From contig CAWIMJ010000005.1 in NCBI GenBank assembly GCA_963837175.1, forward strand, positions 12,807 through 76,806: 64,000 bases of DNA, in the 5' to 3' direction. The notes beneath the pieces were generated by a model. It did no database searches and was not told the origin of the DNA. It saw only the letters and a list, made by a program, of their open reading frames with translations. The stretch comes from an uncultured Nitrososphaeraceae archaeon. GTDB taxonomy: Archaea > Thermoproteota > Nitrososphaeria > Nitrososphaerales > Nitrososphaeraceae. Shown one piece after another: positions 1-10,059 of this stretch. Every line of letters starts with the position of its first letter. The first letter of the stretch is position 1. Made by a program: the position numbers and the translations under genes.

Positions 1-1014
1 AAGTTTAAAATTCCAAACAGTCTGGTAGCTGTGGTCATATCAGAAGCATTTTGTTTAGGCAGTGAATTTGCTACAGTTTGATGAAATGGAACCAACACAT
101 TGTTTTTGCCTGGCTTGACTCTATCGCAAATCTGTTGCATCCTGTCTTTAATTCCCAGAATTATCTCACGTGCTTTTTCCTTATCTAAATCACTTACGAT
201 TTTGGCTTGATAGGCTAGGTCAGGCAATCCATGCTTATCAGAGATCAGGTCCACTGCCCGCTCATACTTCTCTGTTGTCATCTTTAGGGTTTGTGATAAT
301 GAATCGACGCTGGATCTCATCATAACGGGAGTTGTTACTATAGTCTATGGCTTGTGCAAATATTACAGCAGGCCAGCCTCTTAGTATATTAGTTCTAGTT
401 TTTATTCCATTATGAGTATCAACATACTCATACTCAATCTCGTATCTGTCATGAGATAGCAATGACATAATAGCAGCAAAAAATTCTGGTCTTGGACTGT
501 CAAAAAATATCAGGACCTTGTGCGATAAATCAATAAGCTTCTTGGCATTCTTTAATAGATCTTCCTTTTCCTTTTCGAGATCTTTTATATTGCTTTGCAG
601 TGCTTTCTTTAAGTCGCTATTGGTTGTCTTTTTTATTTCAGTTTCGTTCTCTTCTATTTTATCATCAATTTCTTTTATGCTTTCGTCAATTGGTTTATAA
701 TCACCAGATTCATTTTTCACAACCAAAATACCTGCTCTATGGAACAGCGCCTTTTCGCTCATACCTGCAAGCGGTACCACATCAGCTTTAGGAAAATATT
801 CGAGGACCTTGTTTATGACGTGGCTTTTTCCTACACCAGTAGGTGCATTGACAGCAAGGTTGAGAGGGTTATTTGTGTATGCGCTTAATATGACATAGAA
901 CAATTGCTTAACTAACCTATCCTCTTTTCTGGCTTCTCTTAGCATTAGATCCACACAGAACATCACCGAGTCATTGACATCAGCGAAATCGAAGTACATT
1001 TTAATAAAACTCAC
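1..1014 (-). CDS. P-loop ATPase of mobile-element type (AAA+/MCM-like or primase-associated helicase) with coiled-coil insert; frameshifted near 285; runs off the window edge
   Basis: Walker A APTGVGKS, hydrophobic-FDS Walker-B-like segment, RRF arginine-finger-like motif. After ..NPK the adjacent frame continues open (MTTEKYERAVDLISDKHGLPD...) to base 1. Confidence 0.65.
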
Positions 1015-1052
1015 CTTCGCAGGTTCTGCGCTCGTGAACCTCTTCTGTTTTC

Positions 1053-1271
1053 TCAGACTCCATGTAGCCTTTGTTGTAATGTTTTGTCATTATGTCTCTG
1101 CTTAAATACTGCCTTTCGCACAACCAGGGAGTCGCCTACATGCTCCCATGTAAAATAATCTCCTTTGGTAATTTTTAATTTATTTGCAAATTGACGTGGC
1201 AACACGATGTAAAAGCTTCTGTCCGAGCCAGCTTGCACCTTTCTTAGTTCTGCTTGTTCATGATATAACAT
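1053..1271 (-). CDS. AbrB/MazE/SpoVT-family DNA-binding protein
   Basis: RKVQ..GS..SFYIVLPRQFANKLKITKGD...W....SLVVRK matches the swapped-hairpin pattern. Confidence 0.8.
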   Translation of the reverse strand: MLYHEQAELRKVQAGSDRSFYIVLPRQFANKLKITKGDYFTWEHVGDSLVVRKAVFKQRHNDKTLQQRLHGV

Positions 1272-1338
1272 GATTTTCTAGATTATATTTATTATCTAGA
1301 AGTACGAGGGAAGTACTGTTAGGTGTAATTACTTCATA

Positions 1339-2077
1339 ATGTCAAGAAAGCGCAGACACCTCCATCTGTTCAAAATGTGGAAAGCCCGGCTCTTTACAAC
1401 GAGATTGGGTAAGAAGTAGTCGTTACGCAGTTTCACCTGAAACAACCCTTGCTGCTAATGGAAAGTGGGTTGATGAAGAGGAAAAAGATTTCGAAACTGA
1501 AACTATTCAAAAGAAAAGACGCTTCAAGACATTTTCGGACAAATATCTCCATAATTACGTAGTGCATTATGACTCTATAACTCACAAAAGAAAAAAACAC
1601 TATATAGATAATATTAGGAAGAAAGAAGAGAAATCTGCTAATCCTAGAGAGGTATTGGTATATTCAATAATGCAGCATGTAAAAACCATTCAAGGAATAG
1701 AAAAGAAAATTTTGAAGTATCCTCCTACTAATCCAGTAGATGATAAACGAATTGCTCAGGCCTTCCGTGAATACACAAATATACTTAATCCAAATTTTAA
1801 AGGGCCACTCCCAGACTGGTTTAAAGAACTGGAGAGAATTAGACAAGAGTATGACAAGCTGATGCAACAAAAAAGAGAGAAAGTGATTGATAGGATTAAA
1901 GTAGAGGAATTTGAAAATATTCCTGAGGTAAAGGCAATAATACTTACCAAAGCTAGAGAACTTATTAATGCAATACCAATATATCGCGAATTAGTATATT
2001 GGCACAAACATTACGTAGAACCCCATCTGGCAGATAGAAGTAATTCACTAGCTGATATATTGAGCGAAAAAGCTTAA
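1339..2077 (+). CDS. Zn-ribbon (CxxC) virus/plasmid-type protein; probable frameshift just after the ATG at 1339
   Basis: The frame of ORF 1562-2077 is open upstream to 1340 and encodes CSKCGKPGSL...YVVHYDSITHKRKKHYI. The ATG at 1339 is one base out of frame. Confidence 0.55.
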
Positions 2078-2187
2078 TCTATTTTAGTATGAATTCTTTT
2101 ATATTCTGTATAGTTGTTGTCGTTTATGCTGGTTTATTTGCTTAATGAATAGAGATTATTCGGAGGTTAATTGATGAATATATTCTC

Positions 2188-2199
2188 GTTAACAGAGCC
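2188..2199. mobile_element. Solo IS6-family terminal inverted repeat remnant
   Basis: GTTAACAGAGCC, the reverse complement of the GGCTCTGTTAAC end at 44832. Confidence 0.5.
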
Positions 2200-2275
2200 T
2201 GACCAAGAACAACTCTGCTTTTAGAGATTGTTATAAAGGAGCGTATTAAATTATGTAATACACTTTATCATTAAC

Positions 2276-2896
2276 GTGGACGTTATTAAGTATCCTATAT
2301 ATCCAATACTTAAATCAGGAGATGTTGTAATTTGGGATTTTACGAATTTCGAGAAATCAGATAAAAACGAGCTGTTGACTTCCAATGATATACTGCAGCC
2401 TAAAAAGGTAGATGATAATTATCTTACTTTTTGCAAATGTCATTTTAATGTTAAGTCTTTAATTTATGAAAAAGCGACACCCGAAGATGTTTTATCCGGC
2501 TGGATATCAGCAAATGAAGAACTCAAATTAGGCAGACTGGCAAAATTGTTTCTTCGTGACTCACTCTATAATCTTTATTTGACTAAGCATTTCCATAACG
2601 AGCCAGACTTAATTTTAGTATTAAGACTAGCGTATTGGTTTTATAGATGCAGTCGTCTTAATAGTAATGATTCTTTTAAGTACAAGATAACTGAGGTTAA
2701 GAGAAAATTAACTAAAGGGTTATTAAATCAAAGAGAAAAAATAAACAGGCAGCTAAGCCATCATACTAATAATATTACTATCGTGAATACCTTAATTTCA
2801 GAGTTGGAACAGATTATATTCCAATTTAGAAATAATAAAGATATACGTAAAGAATTACGAGAGCGATCCGCTAAATATAGGGCTCTGTTCACTTAA
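2276..2896 (+). CDS. Hypothetical protein, 3'-truncated by IS6
   Basis: 206-aa ORF whose last codons and stop lie inside the IS left IR (2881-2896). Confidence 0.55.
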   Translation: MDVIKYPIYPILKSGDVVIWDFTNFEKSDKNELLTSNDILQPKKVDDNYLTFCKCHFNVKSLIYEKATPEDVLSGWISANEELKLGRLAKLFLRDSLYNLYLTKHFHNEPDLILVLRLAYWFYRCSRLNSNDSFKYKITEVKRKLTKGLLNQREKINRQLSHHTNNITIVNTLISELEQIIFQFRNNKDIRKELRERSAKYRALFT

Positions 2897-3556
2897 CGAT
2901 AAATCTATAGCTTGAAGATGTCCTATCTCTTTTTATGAATACAAGAAACAGAACATCTTCAGAATATATTGGCTATGGTCTATATTTTTATTTTTCAGGT
3001 CTTTCATTAAGAAAGACATCCGAAAGATTATCGTTTTGTTTTATAAAGAGAAATCATGTATCAATCTGGAATTGGATACAAAAGTATAAACCCAAAAAGA
3101 TATTTGAAAGAAAAAAGAAAATCGAGAAATTCATTATCGATGAAATATTAATAAAAATTGGTTCAGAATTGATATGGCTTTGGGTTGCTATTGAACTTGA
3201 GAGTAAGGAAATCCATAGAATTAGTATATCTAAAGAGAGAAATATGCTCTTAGCTGAGCGATTTATTTCAAGCTTAGTTGGGATTCATGGTCAACATCCA
3301 GTTTCCACAGATGGAGGTACTTGGTATCCACAAGCTTGTAGGTTCTTGAGATTGCCTCATCATATCCATTCCTCTTATGAGAAAAGCATTATAGAAAGAA
3401 CAATGCAGTACATAAAAGATAGAACACAGAATGCTTTGATAATGACTATTTCCCTTGCAGAAAGAAGAATTGTAAATTATTACATGTGTGGAATTGGTTA
3501 AATCTATTCATAGGTTATCATAACAAGCAATTACAAATCGTTAAGTGAACAGAGCC
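2881..3556 (+). mobile_element. IS6-family insertion sequence (transposase 2935 to about 3545, frameshifted near the 3' end)
   Basis: Perfect 20-bp IRs GGCTCTGTTCACTTAACGAT (2881-2900) and ATCGTTAAGTGAACAGAGCC (3537-3556). DDE motifs IIDE, TDGG..Y and IIER. No target duplication visible. Confidence 0.92.
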
Positions 3557-3605
3557 GTACTATACTACTAACTACTTATATATAACTAAAGCATCAAGTT
3601 TTCAA

Positions 3606-3947
3606 GTGGCAAGCAAGAAAAATAGATCTTCAGAGGATAAGTCTGATAGAGCAACAGACAGTAATAATTCCGGAGAGCAGGAAGGCCAAGGTCAGCGACC
3701 ACAAGAACCTGGGAAAGAGAGACAGGTACATGAAGAGATCATTGCACGCCACTATGAAGGAGGCATGGCTCCGACTCCAGAGGCTTATAGACGTGCACTT
3801 AAGCAATGGCAGCAGCTACCTGGATCGATAGTGCGGCCTCCAACAGATGTGCAGCCACCGGCCAAGAAAGCATCAAATCCTTCTAATGCGACGTCTACGT
3901 CCCAGCCAACAGCCGATGAGCAGACCGACAGAGAGTCTCAGAAATGA
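3606..3947 (+). CDS. Small hydrophilic protein translationally coupled to the BNR gene
   Basis: 113-aa ORF, ATGA overlap at 3944-3947, GC-rich like the downstream gene, TATA-like TTATATATAA near 3577. Confidence 0.6.
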   Translation: MASKKNRSSEDKSDRATDSNNSGEQEGQGQRPQEPGKERQVHEEIIARHYEGGMAPTPEAYRRALKQWQQLPGSIVRPPTDVQPPAKKASNPSNATSTSQPTADEQTDRESQK

Positions 3948-6864
3948 CGCTGAACGGAAGGGTATGGGCTCCCATCGGTCCTAGCCCTATGATTGGAGTT
4001 CAGGTGGATTCAAGCTGCAATGTAATCGGGAACCGCAGCGACAACGGTTTAGTTTCCTCAATTGCCATTAGTCCTTCTAATCCAAATATCATTTATAGAG
4101 GCACGCAGGGCGGAGGCTTGTGGCTGAGCAAAGATGGTGGCACCACATGGACACCGATCTTTGACCGGCAACTATCACTTATTGTAGGGGAGCCCAACGC
4201 CATTGCGATTGACCCAAATAATACTGATACAGTGTATGTAGGCACTAGCGCACGTCAAACTGTCCCGGGAACGTTCACCATGCAGGCCACAAGCAGGTTT
4301 GTTTAAATCGACTGATGGGGGCAGTAGCTGGATACAGCTCGGCTCCGGCTTCCCGTCCGGCAATACAGGCAACGCCATACAGTTTGTAAATCAATGGATC
4401 AATGTAATCATTGTTGATCCTGCCAATAGCGACATCCTCTACCTGGCATCGAACAGCGGAGTATTTTGGTCCAACGATGGCGGCCAGAATTGGACGCTGG
4501 GTGTAAATTCCAACGGGGATGTTCGTTCGCTCGTGCTTGACACATCTACTCCAGCCGGCTCGCGCACCCTGTACGCGGGCATTTCTGGACGTGGTGTGTT
4601 CCGATCAAATGATGGCGGTCTAAATTGGATAGAAATTCTCAGCGCGACCACTCCACCACCACCAGGTAACCCGGTAGCGACAGCAATAGGTTCGGGTGGT
4701 TTTAACAAGGTCGTAGTTGATATTGCGCCTCCTACCTCGCCTCCTAGCGCAGGAGGTGTGCAGGTGCTATACGTGAGCCTGCAAGGAACCGGAGGCGCCC
4801 TCGACCCGGTAGGAGTCTTCAGGAGGCACAGATCGGGGAGCAACGTGGTCCCAGCGCACCGCCACTAACATGCCCACCAATACACAGGGCGGATACAGCT
4901 TTCATATGGCTGTAGATCCAGGCTCACCAGGCGACGGGATCAATGACATCATTTACTTCGGCGCTGTCGGTCAGGCAAGATCAAACGACTCAGGAAATAA
5001 CTTTACCACCATGACGGGTCTACATGGCGACACCCATTCGTGGGCCTTTTTTCGGCAGCCTAGTCCCGCGGCATCGATTGTGTTCAATGGTAACGATGGT
5101 GGTCTTTTTAGGTCTACTGATGGCGGGGTGTCCTGGGCATCCCTCAACGCAGGCGGCCTGCAGACAGGCCTGTTCTACAATATAGATATCAGACCCGATG
5201 CCACTGGCAGTGTCACTGTGGGTGCTCCGCAGGATAATGGCCTCCAGACTACCTCGGCAGTCGCCGCACCTAACTGGAGCAGCCCTCAAGGCGGCGACGG
5301 CTGGGATATAGCTTATGATGGAGTGACGCCCGGCCGCGTCTACGGTACCAGTGGATTCTGGCCTGCTCCCTGCACGAGGGTCTTCGTTTCGACGGTTGAC
5401 GGGGCAGACTTCCCGCCATGTGTTTTCACCACACCGACGAGCCAGGAAATTACACCCCCCTGGGGTACGACGAGCGACCAGCGATGTACACTCTTTCCAA
5501 TTACTACAGACCCTAGTACTGCGGGAATTGTATATGTCAGTGGTAACCAGAATTTATGGCAAAGCAGAAACGCTGGAGCTGCAGGTAGCTGGCGTATCCT
5601 CTCTTTCTTTGCTAACACCGGTAACGTTGATGTGTCAAGGACTAATGGGAACAACGTCGTCATCGCCGTTGGTAGTCAGGTATTTCTATCGACCAATGCG
5701 CTAGCGACCACGGTGGGCGCACCGTCGGGGGTTGCCTTCAATAACATAACAAGGGATCTGCCGACGGGGAGAAATGTCATACGGGCAGTTTTCGATCCTA
5801 ATGATCCCAACACAATTTATGCAGTGATGGGTGGGATAAGCGGTGCCTCAGGAGGACACGTTTTTCGCACTTCCATAGGCTCATCGACATGGACTGACAT
5901 TTCGCCTGCGCTAGATATTCCCTTCAGTTCTATTGCGCTTGACGGCTCGGACACTCCTACTTGTATCTATGTAGGCACTGACTTCGGTGTACTGCGCTCA
6001 GTCGATGGCGGCTCCACGTGGTACATACTCGATGATATTCACTTTCCACGAGTGCCGGTCTGGGACCTCGTATTTAGGAATGGAGAACTGCGCGCTGGCA
6101 CCTATGGCCGAGGTGTTTTTGCATTTGTTAAACCCATTGGCCCCGCCATCGCCGTGGATCTAGAACATGACCTGGAATTTGGAACTGTCTTCGAGGGGCC
6201 ACAGTATTTGAAACTGGAGATCTTCAATGTTGGCGTCCAGGATTTAGTAATCAATAGCCTCCAACGTCTGATGGGCTCCAACGGCTTTACGGTGTTGCAA
6301 GCCCCAGTACCCCATTGGCTATCATGCCTGGCAATCATGTTGACTTCACAATTAGGTACATCCCTACTGCTACGAGTTGCAGTCAGGAAACTGCAATAAT
6401 CCGCATTAGCAGCAATGATCCATCGGCTCGCTTTGTAGATTTGCTGACTACTGGCACTGGAAGAGTTCCAATATCTCAGATTAGAGCCCGCATAGAGACA
6501 GGAAATCACGACCCTGATAGGAATACTAGGGTCTATTTAGGATTTGACGGTAAGCATGGTAGGGAGTTTAGAATGAGAACAACTGATGATGCAAATCCAT
6601 TTAGACAAGGCACAGCGCTAGACATTGTATTTGGAAGCGGTGCTAATGTAAGAGATAAAGACATTAACGATCCTACACAACCCCAAATGGATCAAAATTG
6701 CGTAACAGGCGCATATATTAGAATTGAACCAGGACAGGAGAAACCATGGAAAATTGCAAGTGCTCAAGTATTCATAAATGGAAGTGGAACTCCTATGTTT
6801 TCTCTAAAGCTTCCAAACATAGTACCTGGAAGAGGATGCAGGAGAAAAGGTATCTCTTGGATAA
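3944..6864 (+). CDS. Large BNR/Asp-box repeat beta-propeller protein (sialidase/GH74-like fold) with an Ig-like segment and a C-terminal PLAT-like domain; split by about 4 single-base frameshifts
   Basis: Repeated S-x-D-G-G-x-x-W Asp-boxes across ORFs 3944-4306, 4299-4868, 4870-6399 and 6315-6908. Frames join by single indels near 4295, 4825, 6303 and 6826. The corrected end ...IVLEEDAGEKVSLG* (stop 6862-6864) matches the paralogue. Confidence 0.8.
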
Positions 6865-7350
6865 TAATCAAGTACAACAAAACAGGAGAAAAATCGCGAC
6901 GACATTAATAAGTAGATACACTTTTAAGCATAGCATAGAAGAGGAGTTCCAATGATAATATCTCAGATTAGAGCCCGCATAGAGACAGGAAATCACGACC
7001 CTGATAGGAATACTAGGGTCTATTTAGGATTTGACGGTAAGCATGGTAGGGAGTTTAGAATGAGAACAACTGATGATGCAAATCCATTTAGACAAGGCAC
7101 AGCGCCAGACATTGTATTTGGAAGCAGTGCTAATGTAAGAGATTCGAGCATCAATAATCCTAGTGATCCGCCTATGGATGATACCCAAATAACAGGCGCA
7201 TATATTAGAATTGAACCAAGACAGGAGAAACGATGGGAAATTGCAAGTGCTCAAGTATTCATAAATGGAAGTGGAACTCCTATGTTTTCTCTAAATCTTC
7301 CTAACATAGTATTAGAAGACGATACTACAGATAAGGTATCTCTTGGATAG
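6471..7350 (+). repeat. Tandem direct duplication of about 390 bp (6471-6864 and 6958-7350)
   Basis: Both copies start ATATCTCAGATTAGAGCCCGCATAGAG and end AAGGTATCTCTTGGATA. Confidence 0.95.
6952..7350 (+). CDS. Stand-alone copy of the PLAT/LH2-like C-terminal domain
   Basis: Near-identical to 6471-6864 in DNA and protein (ISQIRARIETGNHDPDRNTRVYLGFDG...). The PLAT resemblance is by eye only. Confidence 0.75.
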   Translation: MIISQIRARIETGNHDPDRNTRVYLGFDGKHGREFRMRTTDDANPFRQGTAPDIVFGSSANVRDSSINNPSDPPMDDTQITGAYIRIEPRQEKRWEIASAQVFINGSGTPMFSLNLPNIVLEDDTTDKVSLG

Positions 7351-7703
7351 ACCAGTGATCAAAAAGAATTATCACAATTTAAATAATAGATATACCTTGA
7401 GATAAAACCCTGCTGTAGACATATGTCTAGCTCTGTTCTCTGTTCTCTTGACGATTAACCACTGAAGAATAGCGTAGCTAGTATAGATATCGACGACAAC
7501 TAGGCTATAAGGTATTCGTTACGGTAATATAGTAACCATCTAATAACTACAGAAGTAACAACCTTAGCTGCAAACTAATTCATAGTGAGAGTGGTTTAAT
7601 AAGGATGTGTTCAAACATAATCATTGCATTGCCTAATTGATATATCTAGAATTACTTTGTTCATGATTCCTTAGACAATACAAAAGATAAGATAATCAAA
7701 CAA

Positions 7704-7913
7704 TTATTTTGTGTTGTAAGCTGTCTTAAATATAGCATATCCCGTCACTATGATTAGTAATATCAAAGAGGGAATCACTACAATTTTGGCTATTTCTTCG
7801 TATTCAGTTAGTTCGGTTGTAAGGGCAACAATGCCGATCAACATTATGATGCTCAGCATACTGACTCCTAGGGGTTTTAAAATCTGAGCCACCCCTAGAT
7901 TCAACATCTCCAT
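7704..7913 (-). CDS. Small two-TM membrane protein
   Basis: Two hydrophobic stretches. The ATG at 7913 is a more plausible start than the TTG at 8036. Confidence 0.5.
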   Translation of the reverse strand: MEMLNLGVAQILKPLGVSMLSIIMLIGIVALTTELTEYEEIAKIVVIPSLILLIIVTGYAIFKTAYNTK

Positions 7914-8064
7914 GTTTAAAAGGATTGTGCGGAATATTGCCGTTGGGCGTCGGAAAACCTCCGGCGACCCTACAATGATATTCACGACATCAACTTGACA
8001 TCGAGCAATAAGACTCATAGTATAAAGGCAGGTCAAACCTAACTCTATCTAATAAATATGTGTC

Positions 8065-8346
8065 ATGTACCAATCAATACTTATCATGTCTGCAAGTCTA
8101 CCTATCAAGTATTACACAATGAAGTATGGCGATGACACAAGCGCAGCATTTATTCATCTCGTACGGGAAATAGGACAAGTTGCTTTTGCAATCGAGACGA
8201 AAAATGCTCCGGTCCTAGAAGCAAAGCTAACCGAAGCTGTAGCACTTCTTCGGTTTATTGCTCATAGTCGCAAGATAGACTTGGAATCCAATACAGAAAA
8301 GATGTATTCAAAAAAACTGTCCATTAGCGAGAGGAAATATGAATAA
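8065..8346 (+). CDS. MazG-like (all-alpha NTP pyrophosphohydrolase) small protein
   Basis: HLVREIGQVA...KLTEAVALL.FIA....IDLE.....YSKK resembles the MazG helical pattern, with a degenerate acidic motif. Confidence 0.5.
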   Translation: MYQSILIMSASLPIKYYTMKYGDDTSAAFIHLVREIGQVAFAIETKNAPVLEAKLTEAVALLRFIAHSRKIDLESNTEKMYSKKLSISERKYE

Positions 8347-8558
8347 AAACAAATCATTTTCTTTGTGAGTAAAAATATCAAAATATGTATATTATTTCTA
8401 CTCAGTCCATGACATTATATATAAAAACTAAAATGGCGAAAAAAGTATTGAACCCTTGTATATGCAAAGCTCAAATACTACAGAATCCATTTACATATCC
8501 ATGAATGAAATTGCGCGTTTGATTTGCAAAGCCTTGACCTGGCTGTGTGATATATAAT

Positions 8559-8610
8559 GCTACAGGCTCACATGCATCAGAGCTACAGGCTCACATGCAT
8601 CAGAGCTACA
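8559..8610 (+). repeat. 23-bp tandem repeat, 2 full copies plus 6 bp
   Basis: GCTACAGGCTCACATGCATCAGA at 8559 and 8582, then GCTACA. Confidence 0.9.
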
Positions 8611-9082
8611 TGTTTAGCTTGACAATTTCGACAGGCTTTAGTTATTGTTTCTACTGAAATGTTTGAGAAATATTTATTCAGTTGGGAGTCATAAGGAACG
8701 ATATATCCCTCTTTGATTTCCTCTCCTTCTTCCCATATTAGCAGTGATTGCTTGTTCTTATATAGCGTCTATCATCTGACTCATTAGCCTGTGAGTCATT
8801 CAACAGGTTTACCTACATCATATGCCACATTTGTTTTAGTTGAGGGTACTGATCCCGATGAAATTGTTTTCGGTGTCTCTAAATGTGAATGTTAAACAGT
8901 GCAAGAGTCTGAAAAAACGTGTCGAAACTTACAACTGCTGACATAATAAAATAAAGTACCGCTCCTACTAAAATCTGTTTATCTATCAATCATTTGATTG
9001 CTCTTAGTTATTGCTATAAATGTCTGGTTGATAAATTATATTTGTCATTGTGGTTCATATGCATATACATCATTCTTACAGG

Positions 9083-9960
9083 TTAGTTTCTACTGTTATT
9101 AGATGATGGTAACGGTAATGATATCTTCATAGCTGCAGTTGCTGCTATAATCTCATTTGTCAGTTTTGTTGTTAACTCATTGTAAAGCTTTTCAGCCTCT
9201 TCTACTATCAAAGTAGTATAGCTATCATTAAATGATTGTTGTTGTTGTTGCTGTTGTTGTGTTGACATTAATGAAGGATAGTTAGATCCATAGCTAATAG
9301 TAGTATTATTTGAATTATCATGTATTACGAAGTTATATAAATCAGGGTTCATCCTTAATGATTTAATTACTGAGAAAGTAGCAAATTTCAAGAGAAGTTT
9401 ACTGTTTGTTAAAACACTTTTCACACTTTCTTCAGCTGCCTGTTTGATTTTATTAAGATATTCTTCGTTATTACTCTTAAATTCTGTTATAGTAGCCTCG
9501 AGTTTTGCCTTTCCATTGGAGAGATTTTCTACCTCTCTTCTTTCTCTTTCACAAGACATACGAAAAGAATTCAAAAGTGTGCTTGATATTGCTATTTGAT
9601 TGTTCAATTGGTATAGAGTTCTCTTGCATGTATGTTTTTGAGACTGCAGCATACTTACATAATTTCCTAGCCTTTTAAATCGCTCTTCAATGGCTGGTAA
9701 GTCGTTATTAGCAATTGCTAGAAGGTCAATAACTTGCTGGATACCCATGTCTTTGGCCTTGGCTAATTTGTATAACTTTAGAAATGATGATATGTCATCT
9801 TTAATCTCTTCATAAACCATATTCAGACTGTGTAGTTGTTTTAGCTTCAAATACTCTCTACAGAATTTAGTGGCATTTGATTCTCTTAGGTTTAATGTAA
9901 TAGATACATCTAATGGAGTCTTTCTATCAGAAAAGAGTTTGTATGCTTGAATAGAAAGAG
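9083..9960 (-). CDS. HTH-like/coiled-coil protein of a repeated Nitrososphaeraceae family, 5'-truncated by an IS6 remnant
   Basis: QAYKLFS..KTPLDV.I.LNL motif, long heptads and a poly-Q tract. The apparent start lies within IS6 sequence. Confidence 0.65.
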
Positions 9961-10058
9961 ATAACTGTAAACTAGAACATGTTAGCAATTGGATGAATCA
10001 GTTTGTTTATATGCATAATAGAATGCTTATTAAAAGAAAAAATTAAGTGAACAGAGCC
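9960..10058 (+). mobile_element. IS6 3' remnant with right IR
   Basis: Encodes NCKLEHVSNWMNQFVYMHN (IS6 C-terminus, compare CRLEHIINWFNVFVDYHN near 45460), followed by TTAAGTGAACAGAGCC at 10043-10058. Confidence 0.85.
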
Positions 10059-10059
10059 G

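Noticed and set aside
262-300. Programmed frameshift in the ATPase
   Set aside because: No canonical slippery heptamer, and similar single indels occur throughout the window, so error is more likely.
4175-6509. Several minus-strand ORFs over the BNR gene
   Set aside because: Antisense shadows of a GC-rich coding strand, with no motifs.
6471-7350. Diversity-generating retroelement template/variable repeat pair
   Set aside because: No reverse transcriptase in the window, both copies are coding, and the differences are not confined to adenines.
8559-8610. Possible mini-CRISPR
   Set aside because: The repeats are directly adjacent with no spacers, and there are no cas genes.
9236-9262. Trinucleotide microsatellites (also near 53075 and 63645) as contingency loci
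   Set aside because: In-frame triplet runs that do not switch frame and are common across this sequence.
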